From the human T2T-CHM13v2.0 reference genome, Homo sapiens: a DNA stretch of 64,000 nt. This document shows positions 38,653-50,797 of this stretch, one piece after another. A program made the translations under genes and the position numbers. Numbering within the stretch: the first letter of the stretch is position 1; each line of letters starts with the position of its first letter. A model generated the notes under the pieces. The model searched no databases. It worked only from the letters and a program-made list of their open reading frames with translations, and was not told the origin of the DNA. The stretch is taken from the NCBI RefSeq assembly GCF_009914755.1, contig NC_060925.1, one strand, 5' to 3'.

Positions 38653-40634
38653 AACAACAGGTAGGGGTGGGAGACATGGGGGATGAGAAGGAGATGGCAT
38701 AGCCACACCCTGAGTTCAGAAGAGCAGAAGATCCCATCTAAAATTCCCAATGATGGCAGCCATTCTCTCCCCAGGCATCTGACTGGCACCTCAGTGATGG
38801 GAGTGAAATAGCATTTATTATCTGGTGACATTTCGCAGGCAGCTTTTTACCTCCGCTTCCCCTGAGATGTGATAACAAAAGATTGTCTGATCTTCCTTTT
38901 ACCCATCTCCCCAGCTCCCTACCACCCCCAGTTCCCTTTCATCCCTGCGTTTGAGGGCAACTGTTCTTCTGTCTCGAGGTTGGGCTGGCCAGAGCAAACA
39001 TAGCTTTCCCGGGGGAGACCAGGCCATCTTTCTTCCTCTTACTTCAAAGGGGCTTTGGAACGCTCCACCCCATGGGCTGAACAGAATGTATTTCATTTTT
39101 TAGGAGGCTGGAATCAGCTGCCGAGAAGGGCAGGGGCACCTTGGGCTCTCCTTCCCTTCCCCATCTCCAGGACTCAGTAAGGAGGGAGGGCATGAAATCT
39201 CAGGCTCCTGGGCGGGGCTGGGGAGGCCGGCCTTGTCACAGGCAGGAGGGGCCGCATTCCTTCCTCAGCAGCTGGTGGAGCTGGGCCTGAGCAGGACTTC
39301 CCCAAAGGACTGAGAAGGAAGCCTCCACTCTGTCGTCGCTCTCTGGTGAGGGGCCTGCTGAGGTGGGGAGGCCCAGCAGAGTCAGGGTGTGGTGGGGAGG
39401 GGCTTCCCCATTGAATGTCCAGAAGAGCTGCCTTGAAGGTTCAGTTGCTCCACTGGAACTGAGACAGAGCCTTCTGAGAGACCTTCAGAGCTGGGGTTTC
39501 CCAGAGGAAGGCGTCTTGGGTCTCTTTGCCCTCCGGGAGCCCTGCCCACCAGGAAGAGCAGCCTGCAGGGAGGAAGGCAGGCAGCTTTCTCCTGAGCTGG
39601 AGAGGGACAGCCCTGAGGGCTTCTTCCCCTGTCAGAAAACCATCCCCCTCGCTTCTCAGATGGACGTTGGGGAGAAGACGGCAACAGACCAGATCTCAGC
39701 AGATCACTAAACAAACCAAAGCTCCTAATACAAAATCAGATTCTCCTCCCACCCCCATATATTCCCTGACCTCCCGGCAGGCTGGCAGGCCTCAGCGCTG
39801 GTTTGTCACCCTTAGGAGGGCAATGGTCACAAGCCCAGATGCCTTCTGGAGCTGGCAGGCCAAGTGTCAGGGACACCAGAGGGAGGGCAAAGAGGTTGGT
39901 GACCTGGAGAGCAGCCTCTGCTATTGTGGTCATCCAGGTTGGCCAAATCTTCTGATTTTCCAACGGAAGTCAGAAATACATTTTACAAAATTTCTGTGAT
40001 GAAAAATTTCAAGCATACATAAAAGTGGAGAGAATAGTAAAGTGAGCCCCCATAGACCCCACTACCTGGATTCGATGATTATCAAGATTTTGCTGCCCTT
40101 GTTTCATCTATCTCTTTAAAAAATAAGATTAAAAAAATGAGAACTCTCCAGGCTTTTAAATGTTGGCTCAAAATTTTGGAAAGCACATGTGAGTTTCATC
40201 CTGGGGGCAGCTGCAGGCAATGCTGCTCAGGGGAGCTGGGTTTCTACTGTGGGCCAGGAGCGTATGGGGGCCCTGGGCCAGGCCTCCCCCATGCCCCATC
40301 CCAGCTATGCCCCAGGCTTCAGGGCCCATGCCCATAAAGCCTCCAAGGGTCACTGCAGTCACACTTCTCTTGAAAGGGGAATAGGGATGGGAGACTAGGG
40401 GTGGGGCAGAGTGAAATCTTACTAGGCATATCGGTGGCTTAATTTTGTCTCTTTAGGGTATAGGGAGGGAGAGCTTAGAGGCGCTATTCTTTAATTCAAA
40501 AGATATTTATTGTGCACCTACTATGAGCTATGACGGGTTCTGGGAATATAGAAGCGGACAGACAAAAAATCCCTATCTTTTGGAGTTAACATTTTTATAA
40601 GAAATTATAGATAATTAGATACAAAAGTGATTAT

Positions 40635-40674
<40 letters not shown>

Positions 40675-40680
40675 ATATAT
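40635..40680. repeat. (TG)n microsatellite
   Basis: Seen directly. Confidence 0.95.
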
Positions 40681-40685
40681 TCCTA

Positions 40686-41188
40686 CAGGTTGAGCATCCC
40701 AAATCTAAAAATCTGAAATCCAAAATCTTAAAGTTTTTGATTCAGAACATGATGCCTCAAGAATAAAATTTCATACTTGACCCCATGTGACTGGTCACCA
40801 TAAAAATGCAGGTGCACGACACACAGTGGATTCAGTGTCCTCAAAGCAAAAAAGACCCTTCACCTGCAACACATCTTTTGTGCCCCTTTTCAGATGCACG
40901 GATGCCCACAGCGTAATAAAATGGCACGTGCGCAGGCCAGACATGCCAATGGCAGGTTCCCCACAATGCCCCACATGAGGCCAAGATTTACGTGCATTAC
41001 TCACTGTGTTGTTTTGTTTATTCTCTGCTCTGTGTAAAGATATTGTTGAAAATGTCAAAAAGGCCTGTATGATGCCCTTAGGGTAATGCAAATATTCCAA
41101 AATCTGAAACAAACAAACAAACAAACAAAATACCCAAATCAGAAACATTTCTGGTCCCAAGCATTTTGGATAAGGCATACCCAACCCA
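40686..41188. mobile_element. Tigger4/MER46 (TcMar-Tigger) DNA transposon derivative
   Basis: TIRs caggttgagcatccc...ggcatacccaaccca, flanked by TA (40684-85, 41189-90). Confidence 0.8.
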
Positions 41189-41189
41189 T

Positions 41190-41193
<4 letters not shown>

Positions 41194-41237
<44 letters not shown>

Positions 41238-41250
41238 GTATATATACATA
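41194..41250. repeat. (TG)n/(TA)n microsatellite
   Basis: Seen directly. Confidence 0.95.
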
Positions 41251-42043
41251 CCTGCCGCATGGAGGATGCCTGCCTCCAGGGGCACAAAGGCTGACCAGCA
41301 GAGGCAAGCTGAGGACAGTGGAGAGAGGTGACGCTGTGAGCTCTGAAGGTGGAGTTTGGATCTCCAGACTCACTGGACCTAGGATGATGACTGGCTCTGC
41401 TGCATTTCTCAGTCATGTGAGCCAATAAGGTCCTCTCTTCTGTTTCAGTTTGAGTTGGATTTCTTTGACCTGCAACCGAATGCGTCCTCCCTAATATATT
41501 CTTGCACCAGAGTGTACATCCTCAGTGAGTGCCTGAGGGAGTGTGGGGAGGGAATTCCTGCAAAGCAGAGTGAGGGCTATGCAAGCCCATCAGACCAGCT
41601 GCTGGCCAGCCTGTGAGAGCAGCGCAAGGGAACCTTGTGTGTGAGCAGCATTTTGGGCGGCCAAGGCTCCAGGCCACATTGCATTGGCAGGTCTGTGCCC
41701 ACAAGGTTGCCTCAGAGGTCCTGCTGAGCCTTCCACCTCAAGTGGCTTAACTCCTCTAAGTGGCCTCTGCGTAGTGTGTGCCAGAAAAAGCTTATACAGT
41801 GAGGGGTGGCTCAAACCTCAGCCACTCTGCTGTCCCAGAACCTCAGGGAATGATGCTGGCCTGTTTTATGGTATCAGCATCTTTGGTTTGGCTGTGAGTG
41901 AAGGTGAATTGAGGGTGACAATATAAAGGTTAGGTTCTTGACCAAGAAGGTGGGGCATAGGACAATTAGGGAACCATCTATGTATAATCATCACCTCAGT
42001 TTTGTGCCCCCTCCATTTGGGGTTCCTAGGATGACTTCCCCAC

Positions 42044-42406
42044 TGATATGGTTTGGCTGCGTCCCCACCCAAATCGCATCTTGAATTGTAGCTCCCATAA
42101 TTCCCACGTGTCATGGGAGAGACCCTGTGGGAGGTAATTGAATCATGGGGGTGGGTTTTTCCCATACTGTTCTCATGATAGTGAATACGTCTCATGAGAT
42201 CTGATGGTTTTATAAAGGGGAGTTCTCCTGCACACGCTCTCTTGCCTGCTGCCACTAAGATGTGACTTTGCTCCTTATTTGCCTTCCACCATGACTGTGG
42301 GGCCTCCCCAGCCATGTGGAATTGTGAGTTCATTAAACCTTTTTCCTTTATAAATTACCCAGTCTCTGGTGTGTCTTTATTGGCAGTGTGAGAACAGATT
42401 AATACA
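42044..42406 (+). mobile_element. THE1 (C/D-like) solo LTR
   Basis: tgatatggtttggctg...gaacagattaataca, 363 bp; perfect 5-bp TSD cccac (42039-43, 42407-11). Confidence 0.95.
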
Positions 42407-42508
42407 CCCACAATATGCCACAAAGAAATGTTACCTAACTTTTTGAAGCTTTGGTTTTCTTATCTGCTAATGGAAATAATCCTTACTTTATAGTGGTTGT
42501 TAAGATGA

Positions 42509-42928
<420 letters not shown>

Positions 42929-42931
42929 TAA

Positions 42932-42954
42932 CTCTCTCTCTCTCTCTCTATCTG

Positions 42955-42995
<41 letters not shown>
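42932..42995. repeat. (CT)n(TATC)n compound microsatellite
   Basis: ctctctctc...tatctatctatc; lies within the tail of the following Alu. Confidence 0.95.
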
Positions 42996-42996
42996 G

Positions 42997-43290
42997 TTTT
43001 TTTTTTTTTTTTGAGACGGTGTCTCACTGTCTCCCAGGCTGGACTGCACTGGTGTGATCTCGGCTCACTGCAACTCCGCCTCCCAGGTTCATGCCATTCT
43101 CCTGCCTCAGCCTCCTGAGTAGCTGGGACTACAGGTGCCCGCCACCATGCCTGGCTAATTTTTTGTATTTTTAGTAGAGATGGGGTTTCACCGCGTTAGC
43201 CAGGATGCTCTCGATCTTCTGACCTCATGATCCGCCCGCCTCGGCCTCCCAAAGTGCTGGGATTATGGGCATGAGCCACCGTGCCCGGCC
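42997..43290 (-). mobile_element. AluY
   Basis: ttcatgccattctcc, gttagccaggatg..ctcgatc diagnostics; TSD tattaa(c/t)tct. Confidence 0.9.
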
Positions 43291-43895
43291 TATTAATTCT
43301 ATATTTATACTGTCTTTGAAATCAGCTGCCTTCTGCTTAGGGTCATTCCCTGACTCAGATTGCAAAGGTAAGCCCTATACTTGTTTGGGTAGTGTTAATT
43401 GGTCCTCAGGAAAGCTTTTAAAGAATCATAGTTCCTTTCATTTGTGTAGTGCTTTACAGCCCTAAATTGCTTTTAGTAAAACTCCATCACTGAGTCCTCA
43501 GCCTGTGAGGCAGATGTAATTTTGTCCATTTTTCAGATTCGGAAGTAAGCTCAAGGAGGTTGAGCACAAGTATAAGAATCAGAGAAATAGGAATTCCAGC
43601 AGAGGGTGGGTCCTGAGCAGCCACTCTGGTGGGCTGTGGAGGGCCTGTGATCCCTATTATGCAGGTTGGGTGAGGGAGGACAACCGGTGGGGCCCGGAGC
43701 CTGCTCCTTGTTGGGGTGGAGTGGGTGGGGAGAACATTACCATGTTTGCTGCTGGTTAGGTAATTTTAAATCTCTATTTTCTACTTAAGGAAACTGAAGC
43801 TCATTGCTGCCCAAGTCATACAACTAATATGAACTTAGCCAGGTCCTTTGACTCCAAGTTTAGAAGGTTTTACCCTTAAGTTTCAAAATGCTTTA

Positions 43896-44312
<417 letters not shown>

Positions 44313-46260
44313 TTATGATGGAAAAGAAAACACAAGCTTTGAAAGCCCTTTGCTAATTGTACCACCCCTTGAAAATGTCTTCTTGTTTCTCTCACGTTAT
44401 TTGCTTATTTTTACTGTGAAAATTAAAAAGGGCCCTTTTGCTCTATCCAGCATCTTTATTCAGGGGCTATAAAGTGCCTGCCCCACAGTAGGAGCTCAGT
44501 AAATCTTAACTCACTGAATGAAGGCCTCAGGCCTTGCTCTGCTCCTCCTAAAGGCAGGGCTGCCCCAGCCTGGCTGCTGACAAGTCCTTTCTCCGCATGG
44601 GTCGAGGGTCCTCATGGGTCGAGGGAACATCTTCCTCTCTGTGCTCCACACTGCCCCTCGCAGCCCCGCTCTGCCTTCCCCGCCTCTCTCCTTTTTCTCT
44701 GTCAGTGAGTCATCTGGGTGCTCCTCTACAGACAACAGATCTCACTGCAGACAGGAGGCTGGGCAGATGTATGATGGGAGGGGCTCCCATAGCTCTTCTC
44801 CTGCCCTGGGTGGCTAAGAAACCGATGACCTAGTGTCGGTGCACAGAGACAGTGACACCTACCCCACTGGGAATGGAGGGCTTGCCTCTGCAGCTGCAGT
44901 CACTGGCACCAGCCTGAAGGCAGGGCCTGCTTCCTGGGTATCAGAATCTTATGATTGGGCCTTCTAAGGCTGTGAGGGTAACTAGATTAGCCAAAGAAGA
45001 AGTGGCTCCTCTCCGCCCTGCTCTGCCTGTACTCTTCCTGGCAGGGCCTCAGGAAGAGAAAGGCTAGGGCTGCAGGCCCTGGGACTCCATCTTGGCCTCT
45101 GGGGTCACTGGCCCAGCCTGTCCTGGGGTCTGATTATTCCACTGTGTTTGCAACATGAGATGGTGTAGGGCCAGCATGTGGCCCTGCTGCTGAACACAGA
45201 GTCAGTGGGAAGGAGAAGCCAGAGGCCCCCGGAGAAGCAGCCTCCCTGATCCCAGGAGAGAATCAAGCCTGTCTGCATGACCACAGCTGCAGCTTGCTTG
45301 CCCCAGTGGAGACCACTCTGGTTAGGAAGCATGAAGAGACACATTTTGGCATCAAAGAGACCTAGATTCAAATCCCTTCCCTATTGCTTCCTGGCTGTGT
45401 GCCCTTGGATCTCTCTAAACCAGTTCCTCACATGGCAAAGTGGGGGTGCTAATATTTACCTCAGAGGGCTGATGTGAGGGGCACAGGGGAGAGGTTTTGG
45501 TGTAAAGGATTGTGATGGCATATGCCTGCCAGAGGCTTGTATGTAGGCATGTGGGCTTCTGTGTTAAGGCCGCCCCTCAGGTACTTGAGGTCTTGGGCAA
45601 GTAGGTTTTGTAAGGGCATTGTACAGATACACGTTTGCATCACCCTAAATCAAAATGTTATCGTCATTCTGGCACCCAAGTTTGTGTGACTCTGTAAACT
45701 GACCAGTGAGGACAATCTGCTCACCAGGCCACCATCCTGGAACCAGAGCCTGGCATAAGGCCTCAGAGGACTCCATAGGTTTGAGGCCTGGAGCTCCATG
45801 GGGCATCTGGTCAGCCCTACTCACTTGGGCGAGAGGGGTGGGTGGAGAACTGGAGAGTGCCCTGAAAGGACACTGAAGGGGAAAAATGGGAAGGGAACTT
45901 AGAAAATTGTGGGGAAGACTTTCTGAAGTCTGGAACCCTCAGGCTCATGGGCTGGGACAGGAGCCTGCTTACCTAGGTCAAAGGGCAATAATGCCTTGTG
46001 TGAAGCCCAGGCTGGATCTTTGCATGACTGGTGCTTAATCAAAGCTTGGGGTTAAAGTGCAAGAAGCGATTTGAGATTATTAGGATGGAAAGGAGATTTA
46101 AAGATTACTAAATTCAGCTTTTTAGGAGATAAAGACAAAAGAAAAGAGAAGAGGCTTTCACCCACATCAGCTGGCTTATCATGAAGTGGAAGTTGTGTGG
46201 AGGCATCTGAGGTTGCAGCACTGTGTCTTGCAGGATTGTGTGGAGCTGGGTGGCTGTCTG

Positions 46261-46814
46261 TGTGATGACTAATTTTATGTGTCAACTTGACTGGGCCACA
46301 GGGTGCCCAGATATTTGTCAAACATTATTCTGGGTGTGTCTGTGGGGGTGTTTCTGAATGAGATTAACCTTTAAATCAGTAGACTAAGTAAAGCAGGCAG
46401 CCCTTCCTAATGTGTGTGGGCCCCATCCAATCAGTTGAAGGCCTGCATAGAACAAAAAGGCTGATTCTCTACCCCAAGCAAGGGGCCATTCCTTCTTACT
46501 GACTGCCTTTGAGCTGGGACATTGTTTTCTTCTTGCCTTCTGACTTGAAATGAAACATTGGCTCTTCCTGGGGCTTGAGCCTGCTGGCCTTCCTACCAGA
46601 ACTGCACCATGGTGCTCCTGAATCTCCAGCTTGCTGACTCACCCTGCGGACATGGGACTTTTCAGCCTTCATAAATGCGTGAGCCGGTTCCCTACAAGAA
46701 ATCTCTCTCTCTCTGTATATATATGTACACATATAAATATACACACATGCACACACACACACGCACACACACACCCTATTGGCTCTGTTTCTCTGGAGAA
46801 CCCTGACAGACACA
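46261..46814 (+). mobile_element. MLT2 (ERVL) solo LTR with internal (CT)/(TA)/(CA) repeat
   Basis: tgtgatgactaattttatgtgtcaacttgactgggcca...ctattggctctgtttctctggagaaccctga. Confidence 0.9.
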
Positions 46815-47845
46815 GCCAGGACAGTGTGTTGGGAGTTGTGTGAGGTGGAGCTGTGGCCCAGGGGCATTGTTCTGGTGTTGACACGTCTTTGAGTGGCCAC
46901 ATGTTGGGTGCTGGGACTGAGGACAGCACAAGGCCTCCTTATTTGACCGGGTAGATGGGGGAGGGACAGAGTGGAGGCTTCTTTCCCTGTCCTTTGGGGA
47001 ATCCCAATTCTACTCCCTCATTCTGGGAGTTTGGAGGACTGAGCAGCCTCCTTTCCTAGGAGGGCAGTCCTTAGGCCGGCCTGCTACAACCATCCTCCTT
47101 GAGTAAGCCTGGGGCCTGGGCACATGACGTGGAAGCCTGCTCTTCCCTTCCCAGCAGCTCCACAGGCTATTGGCCAATTCCTGATGACTCAATGGGAGCT
47201 GAACCTCGAGGCAGGTGGACAAGTGCACTTTCCTGGAGCAGTTCTCTAGGGCCCACAGTTCCCACACTCAGGACCCCCAGTCTTTGTGTAACTCCATGGA
47301 GATGAGCCAGGTGAAAACATCGAGGGATGTTTCTGCTTGTCCACTATCCAGAAAAGGGGCTGAGGAGCAAGGGGTCAGGGAGATGCTGCCTTCCCAGGCT
47401 GTGAGGAGATCCTGAAGCATCCGGGGAAGGGTGTCTCTGCCCAGAGGTTTGCTGCCTGGACCCTCTGAAAGTCCCCTCAAACTCCTCTCACCTTTCCCCC
47501 AATTCTGACACATCTTCTTCATTAGTGGAAAGGGCACTGGGCTAGTAGGTAGGAGATTTGACAGCATTGACTATATCACTGTTTCTGGGTGACCTTAGGT
47601 AAGTTGCTCTCCCCTGGTTTGTTCACCTGTAATGTGGGAATAATAATCAAATCAAATAATAATCAAATCTGATTATTCTAAGATGCAGTGAGATAATGTA
47701 GGTGAAAGTGTTTTTGGAAAATTTATGCAGTGCTACACAAGTACAAGGTATTATTATTATTGTAATTGAATAACTCTGAGCTCTTCCTCTTTGCTCACAG
47801 CAACCCTTGGTCTTTTCATATGCTTCCTCGTAGGAAGACAAAAAC

Positions 47846-47995
47846 CAGTGCTTTTAAATCTTTAATATGCAAACGAATCACTTGGGATCTTGTTAAACTG
47901 CAGATTCTGATTCAGTAGGTCAGAGTAGGCCTAGATTCTGCATTTTCATCCTCCCGGGTGATACCAGTATTTCTGGTCTGGGGACCTGAACTATC
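47846..47995. mobile_element. MER5-type hAT element
   Basis: gaatcacttgggatcttgttaaactgcagattctgattcagtaggtc...tctgcatttt. Confidence 0.75.
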
Positions 47996-48139
47996 CCTTC
48001 ATAGGAAAAGAGATCCAAATCTTTCTATAATGTATTGAAAAGAAACAGTTTAGAAAATACAGTAGAAGTATGGGCTTATTAAAATAGCTTGTAGTCAAAG
48101 ATAGTTATTGATCACAAAAGATACATTTTGATCTTTGGA

Positions 48140-48262
48140 AAGATGAAATGAGAGAAGGGAGAGGGAAAGAGGAAGGAATGAAGGGAGGAAGGGAAGGCAG
48201 AAGGAAGAGAGAGAGGAGGGGAGAAAGCGAGAGAGAGAGAGAGAGAGAAGAGAGAAGAGAGA
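48140..48262. repeat. GA-rich polypurine tract just 3' of the KCNA10 stop
   Basis: gagagaagggagagggaaagagg...gagagagaagagagaagagagac. Confidence 0.9.
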
Positions 48263-48291
48263 CAGGATGGACCCAAGAAGCCCTGGACTGA

Positions 48292-49827
48292 TCATTTCCT
48301 AGACTTCTCTGTGGAACAGCCACCATTGGTCTTATTAAGAGAGTCTGTGCTGCCCATTCTTGAGCCTACACTGTTGAGGATTCTTTCAATTTCTCCTGGG
48401 ATGTTCTGCTTTTCTTCATTCTCAGTCTCCCGGTGGTAGAAGTAATTGAAGTTGGAGACAATGACAGGCACAGGGAGGGCAATGGTGAGGACCCCTGCAA
48501 TGGCACACAGAGTGCCCACAATCTTCCCCCCTGGGGTGGTCGGGCACATGTCCCCATAGCCTACAGTTGTCATGGTGACCACTGCCCACCAGAAGCCATC
48601 AGGAATGCTAGAGAAATGGGACTCTGGCTCATCCACCTCAGCAAAGTAGACTGCACTGGAGAAGAGGATGACTCCAATGAAGAGAAAGAAGATGAGCAAC
48701 CCCAACTCCCGCATGGACGCCTTCAGTGTTTGCCCGAGGATCTGCAGCCCCTTGGAGTGGCGCGAGAGCTTGAAGATGCGGAAGACCCTCACCAGGCGGA
48801 TGATCCTCAGGATGGCCAGGGACATGTTCTGTTGGGCACTCGGCTCTGTCTCCTGGACTAGCTCTGTGATGAGAGTTGCAAAGTAGGGGATAATGGAGAT
48901 GATGTCAATGATGTTCATGATGTTCCTGAAGAAGTCAGTCTTGCTGGGGCAGACCACGAACCGGAGCACCAGCTCGAAGGTGAACCACACGATGCAGGTA
49001 GACTCCACCATGAAGAAAGGGTCGGTGAACATGGTCTGGGAGAGGACTGTCTTGCTCATGTTGAGATTGGGGTCTCTGACCACCTTCAGCTCCCTATCCT
49101 CCCGGAACTCTGGCAGTGTCTCCAGGCAGAAGATGGTGATGGAGATGACCACAACCAACACCGAGACCACGGCCACAGCACGGGCAGCGCTGGAACTTTC
49201 AGGGTACTCAAAGAGGAGCCAGAACTGACGGTGGATGTCATTGGTGGGTAGCAGTGTTTCAGGGTCTTTGATGAAGCCTTCATCCTCCCGGAACTGGTCC
49301 ATGGCCTCACTACCCAGCTCATAGAAGGAGATTTCATCAGCAAAGATATCAATGGGAACATTGGCTGGGCGCCGAATTTTCCCACCAGATTGGTAATAAT
49401 ATAGGATTCCATCAAAACTGGGCCGGTTCCGATCAAAGAAATACTCATTTCTCATGGAGTCAAAGAACTGCATCCTTTTCTCCCGGTCTCCCAGGAGAGT
49501 CTCTGGGAACTGACTAAGGGTTCTGAGCTGGGTCTCAAATCTCAGCCCAGCAATGTTGATGATCACCCGCTGGTTTCCTTCATTTAGGACCACTGGCTCA
49601 GGCCCTGGGGGGTCAGCATAGTCTCCCGGAAGCTTGGAGAAGGCCGTCTCATGGTTGGTGCTTTCGCTGATGAGGATCTTCCCGTTGGAGAAGGAGCTGC
49701 CCCCAGGCCGGCCTTTTGGGCTGGTTGAGTCGAAGTCTGTGGCATAGCCTGGCTCTTCTTGGATTTCATCTGAATTATCAAAATTGACCAGCGCAACCTC
49801 CATTTCTTTCCAGCCACACACATCCAT
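48292..49827 (-). CDS. KCNA10: Voltage-gated potassium channel Kv1.8 (Shaker family), 511 aa, intronless ORF
   Basis: T1 domain ([13 protein letters not shown]...[21 protein letters not shown]), S4 ([18 protein letters not shown]), pore TVGYGD, S6 PVP; N-terminus [17 protein letters not shown] recognised as KCNA10. Confidence 0.98.
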   Translation of the reverse strand: MDVCGWKEMEVALVNFDNSDEIQEEPGYATDFDSTSPKGRPGGSSFSNGKILISESTNHETAFSKLPGDYADPPGPEPVVLNEGNQRVIINIAGLRFETQLRTLSQFPETLLGDREKRMQFFDSMRNEYFFDRNRPSFDGILYYYQSGGKIRRPANVPIDIFADEISFYELGSEAMDQFREDEGFIKDPETLLPTNDIHRQFWLLFEYPESSSAARAVAVVSVLVVVISITIFCLETLPEFREDRELKVVRDPNLNMSKTVLSQTMFTDPFFMVESTCIVWFTFELVLRFVVCPSKTDFFRNIMNIIDIISIIPYFATLITELVQETEPSAQQNMSLAILRIIRLVRVFRIFKLSRHSKGLQILGQTLKASMRELGLLIFFLFIGVILFSSAVYFAEVDEPESHFSSIPDGFWWAVVTMTTVGYGDMCPTTPGGKIVGTLCAIAGVLTIALPVPVIVSNFNYFYHRETENEEKQNIPGEIERILNSVGSRMGSTDSLNKTNGGCSTEKSRK

Positions 49828-50730
49828 TCTAGGGGAGCCAGGGAAGAAGCATGAAGATCCTCAGCCTTCACTGCCTGCTGTGAGCTATGGAGAAGAAGAA
49901 GTTCATTATACAAGATCCAGGGCAGAATACAACTGGCCCTTGTTTATTGAGGTAAGGTACACCAATGGGCTAATCAATGACTTATTTGTAGCTTGGGAAG
50001 GAACGTCATGGTTATTTTGGCAGCATGCTTCCCTTAAAATCATTTTGTACCCCTGAGTTTGCATAAACTAATAACTAGGAGAAATTGCAAAAAAAGGATC
50101 CTGGCAAAGAAGGGGAGATTCTCCCCAGCAAAGGATGGTCTCCATATGTGATGGCAGAGGGGCCATACTAAAAGAGGAAGTTAACATTCCTTAATAATAA
50201 AAAGCATGATCTTGTATTTGCATGAAGCCTTCTGTCTCACCAAACACGTCTCCATGCCCAATCTCATTCGTAATGCCTCTCTTTCACACCAACAGCCAGT
50301 CCCTCACACATCCTTTTGGTCATGTCTTCAAAATATATCTAGAATTCAACCATTTTGCATCACTTCCACCCCTGCTTCTGGACCAAGTGGTGAAGGGTGG
50401 AACCAGATCTATGAACCCAATGGGGATTCTTTAGGGAAGGAAAAACAAGACGCTGGGTTGGCCAATCGACAATGTCCTCTAAATGACCCCTCACCTGGAA
50501 ATAACTCCTAGAGTTGTTTTGAAGGTACCTCAAATGAGATAACACGTATGGAATGCTTGGTGGAAAGAAAGATCACTATATTATAGCTATTGTTTTTTGT
50601 CAACTTTCCCACATAACAAGCACTTTAGAAACTACCAGCAATTGGAATTTTTTTTGGCCTGAGTCCAAGGTGTCCATAGGAAGTAATTTCATTTTGAGAA
50701 ATCATTTTAGGTGGGAAGGAAGTAAATAAT

Positions 50731-50740
50731 TGTGTGTGTC

Positions 50741-50789
<49 letters not shown>

Positions 50790-50797
50790 ACGCACGC
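50731..50797. repeat. (TG)n microsatellite upstream of KCNA10
   Basis: Seen directly, about 0.9 kb 5' of the ATG. Confidence 0.95.

Noticed and set aside
39200-39350. GC-rich patch with a GGGCGGGG box
   Set aside because: Too short and CpG-poor to call a CpG island or promoter from sequence alone.
44596-44625. Direct repeat catgggtcgaggg x2 (17-nt period)
   Set aside because: Only two units; ordinary micro-duplication, not an array.
48433-49448. Overlapping ORFs on other frames/strand of KCNA10
   Set aside because: Shadow ORFs expected from the codon bias of the real CDS.
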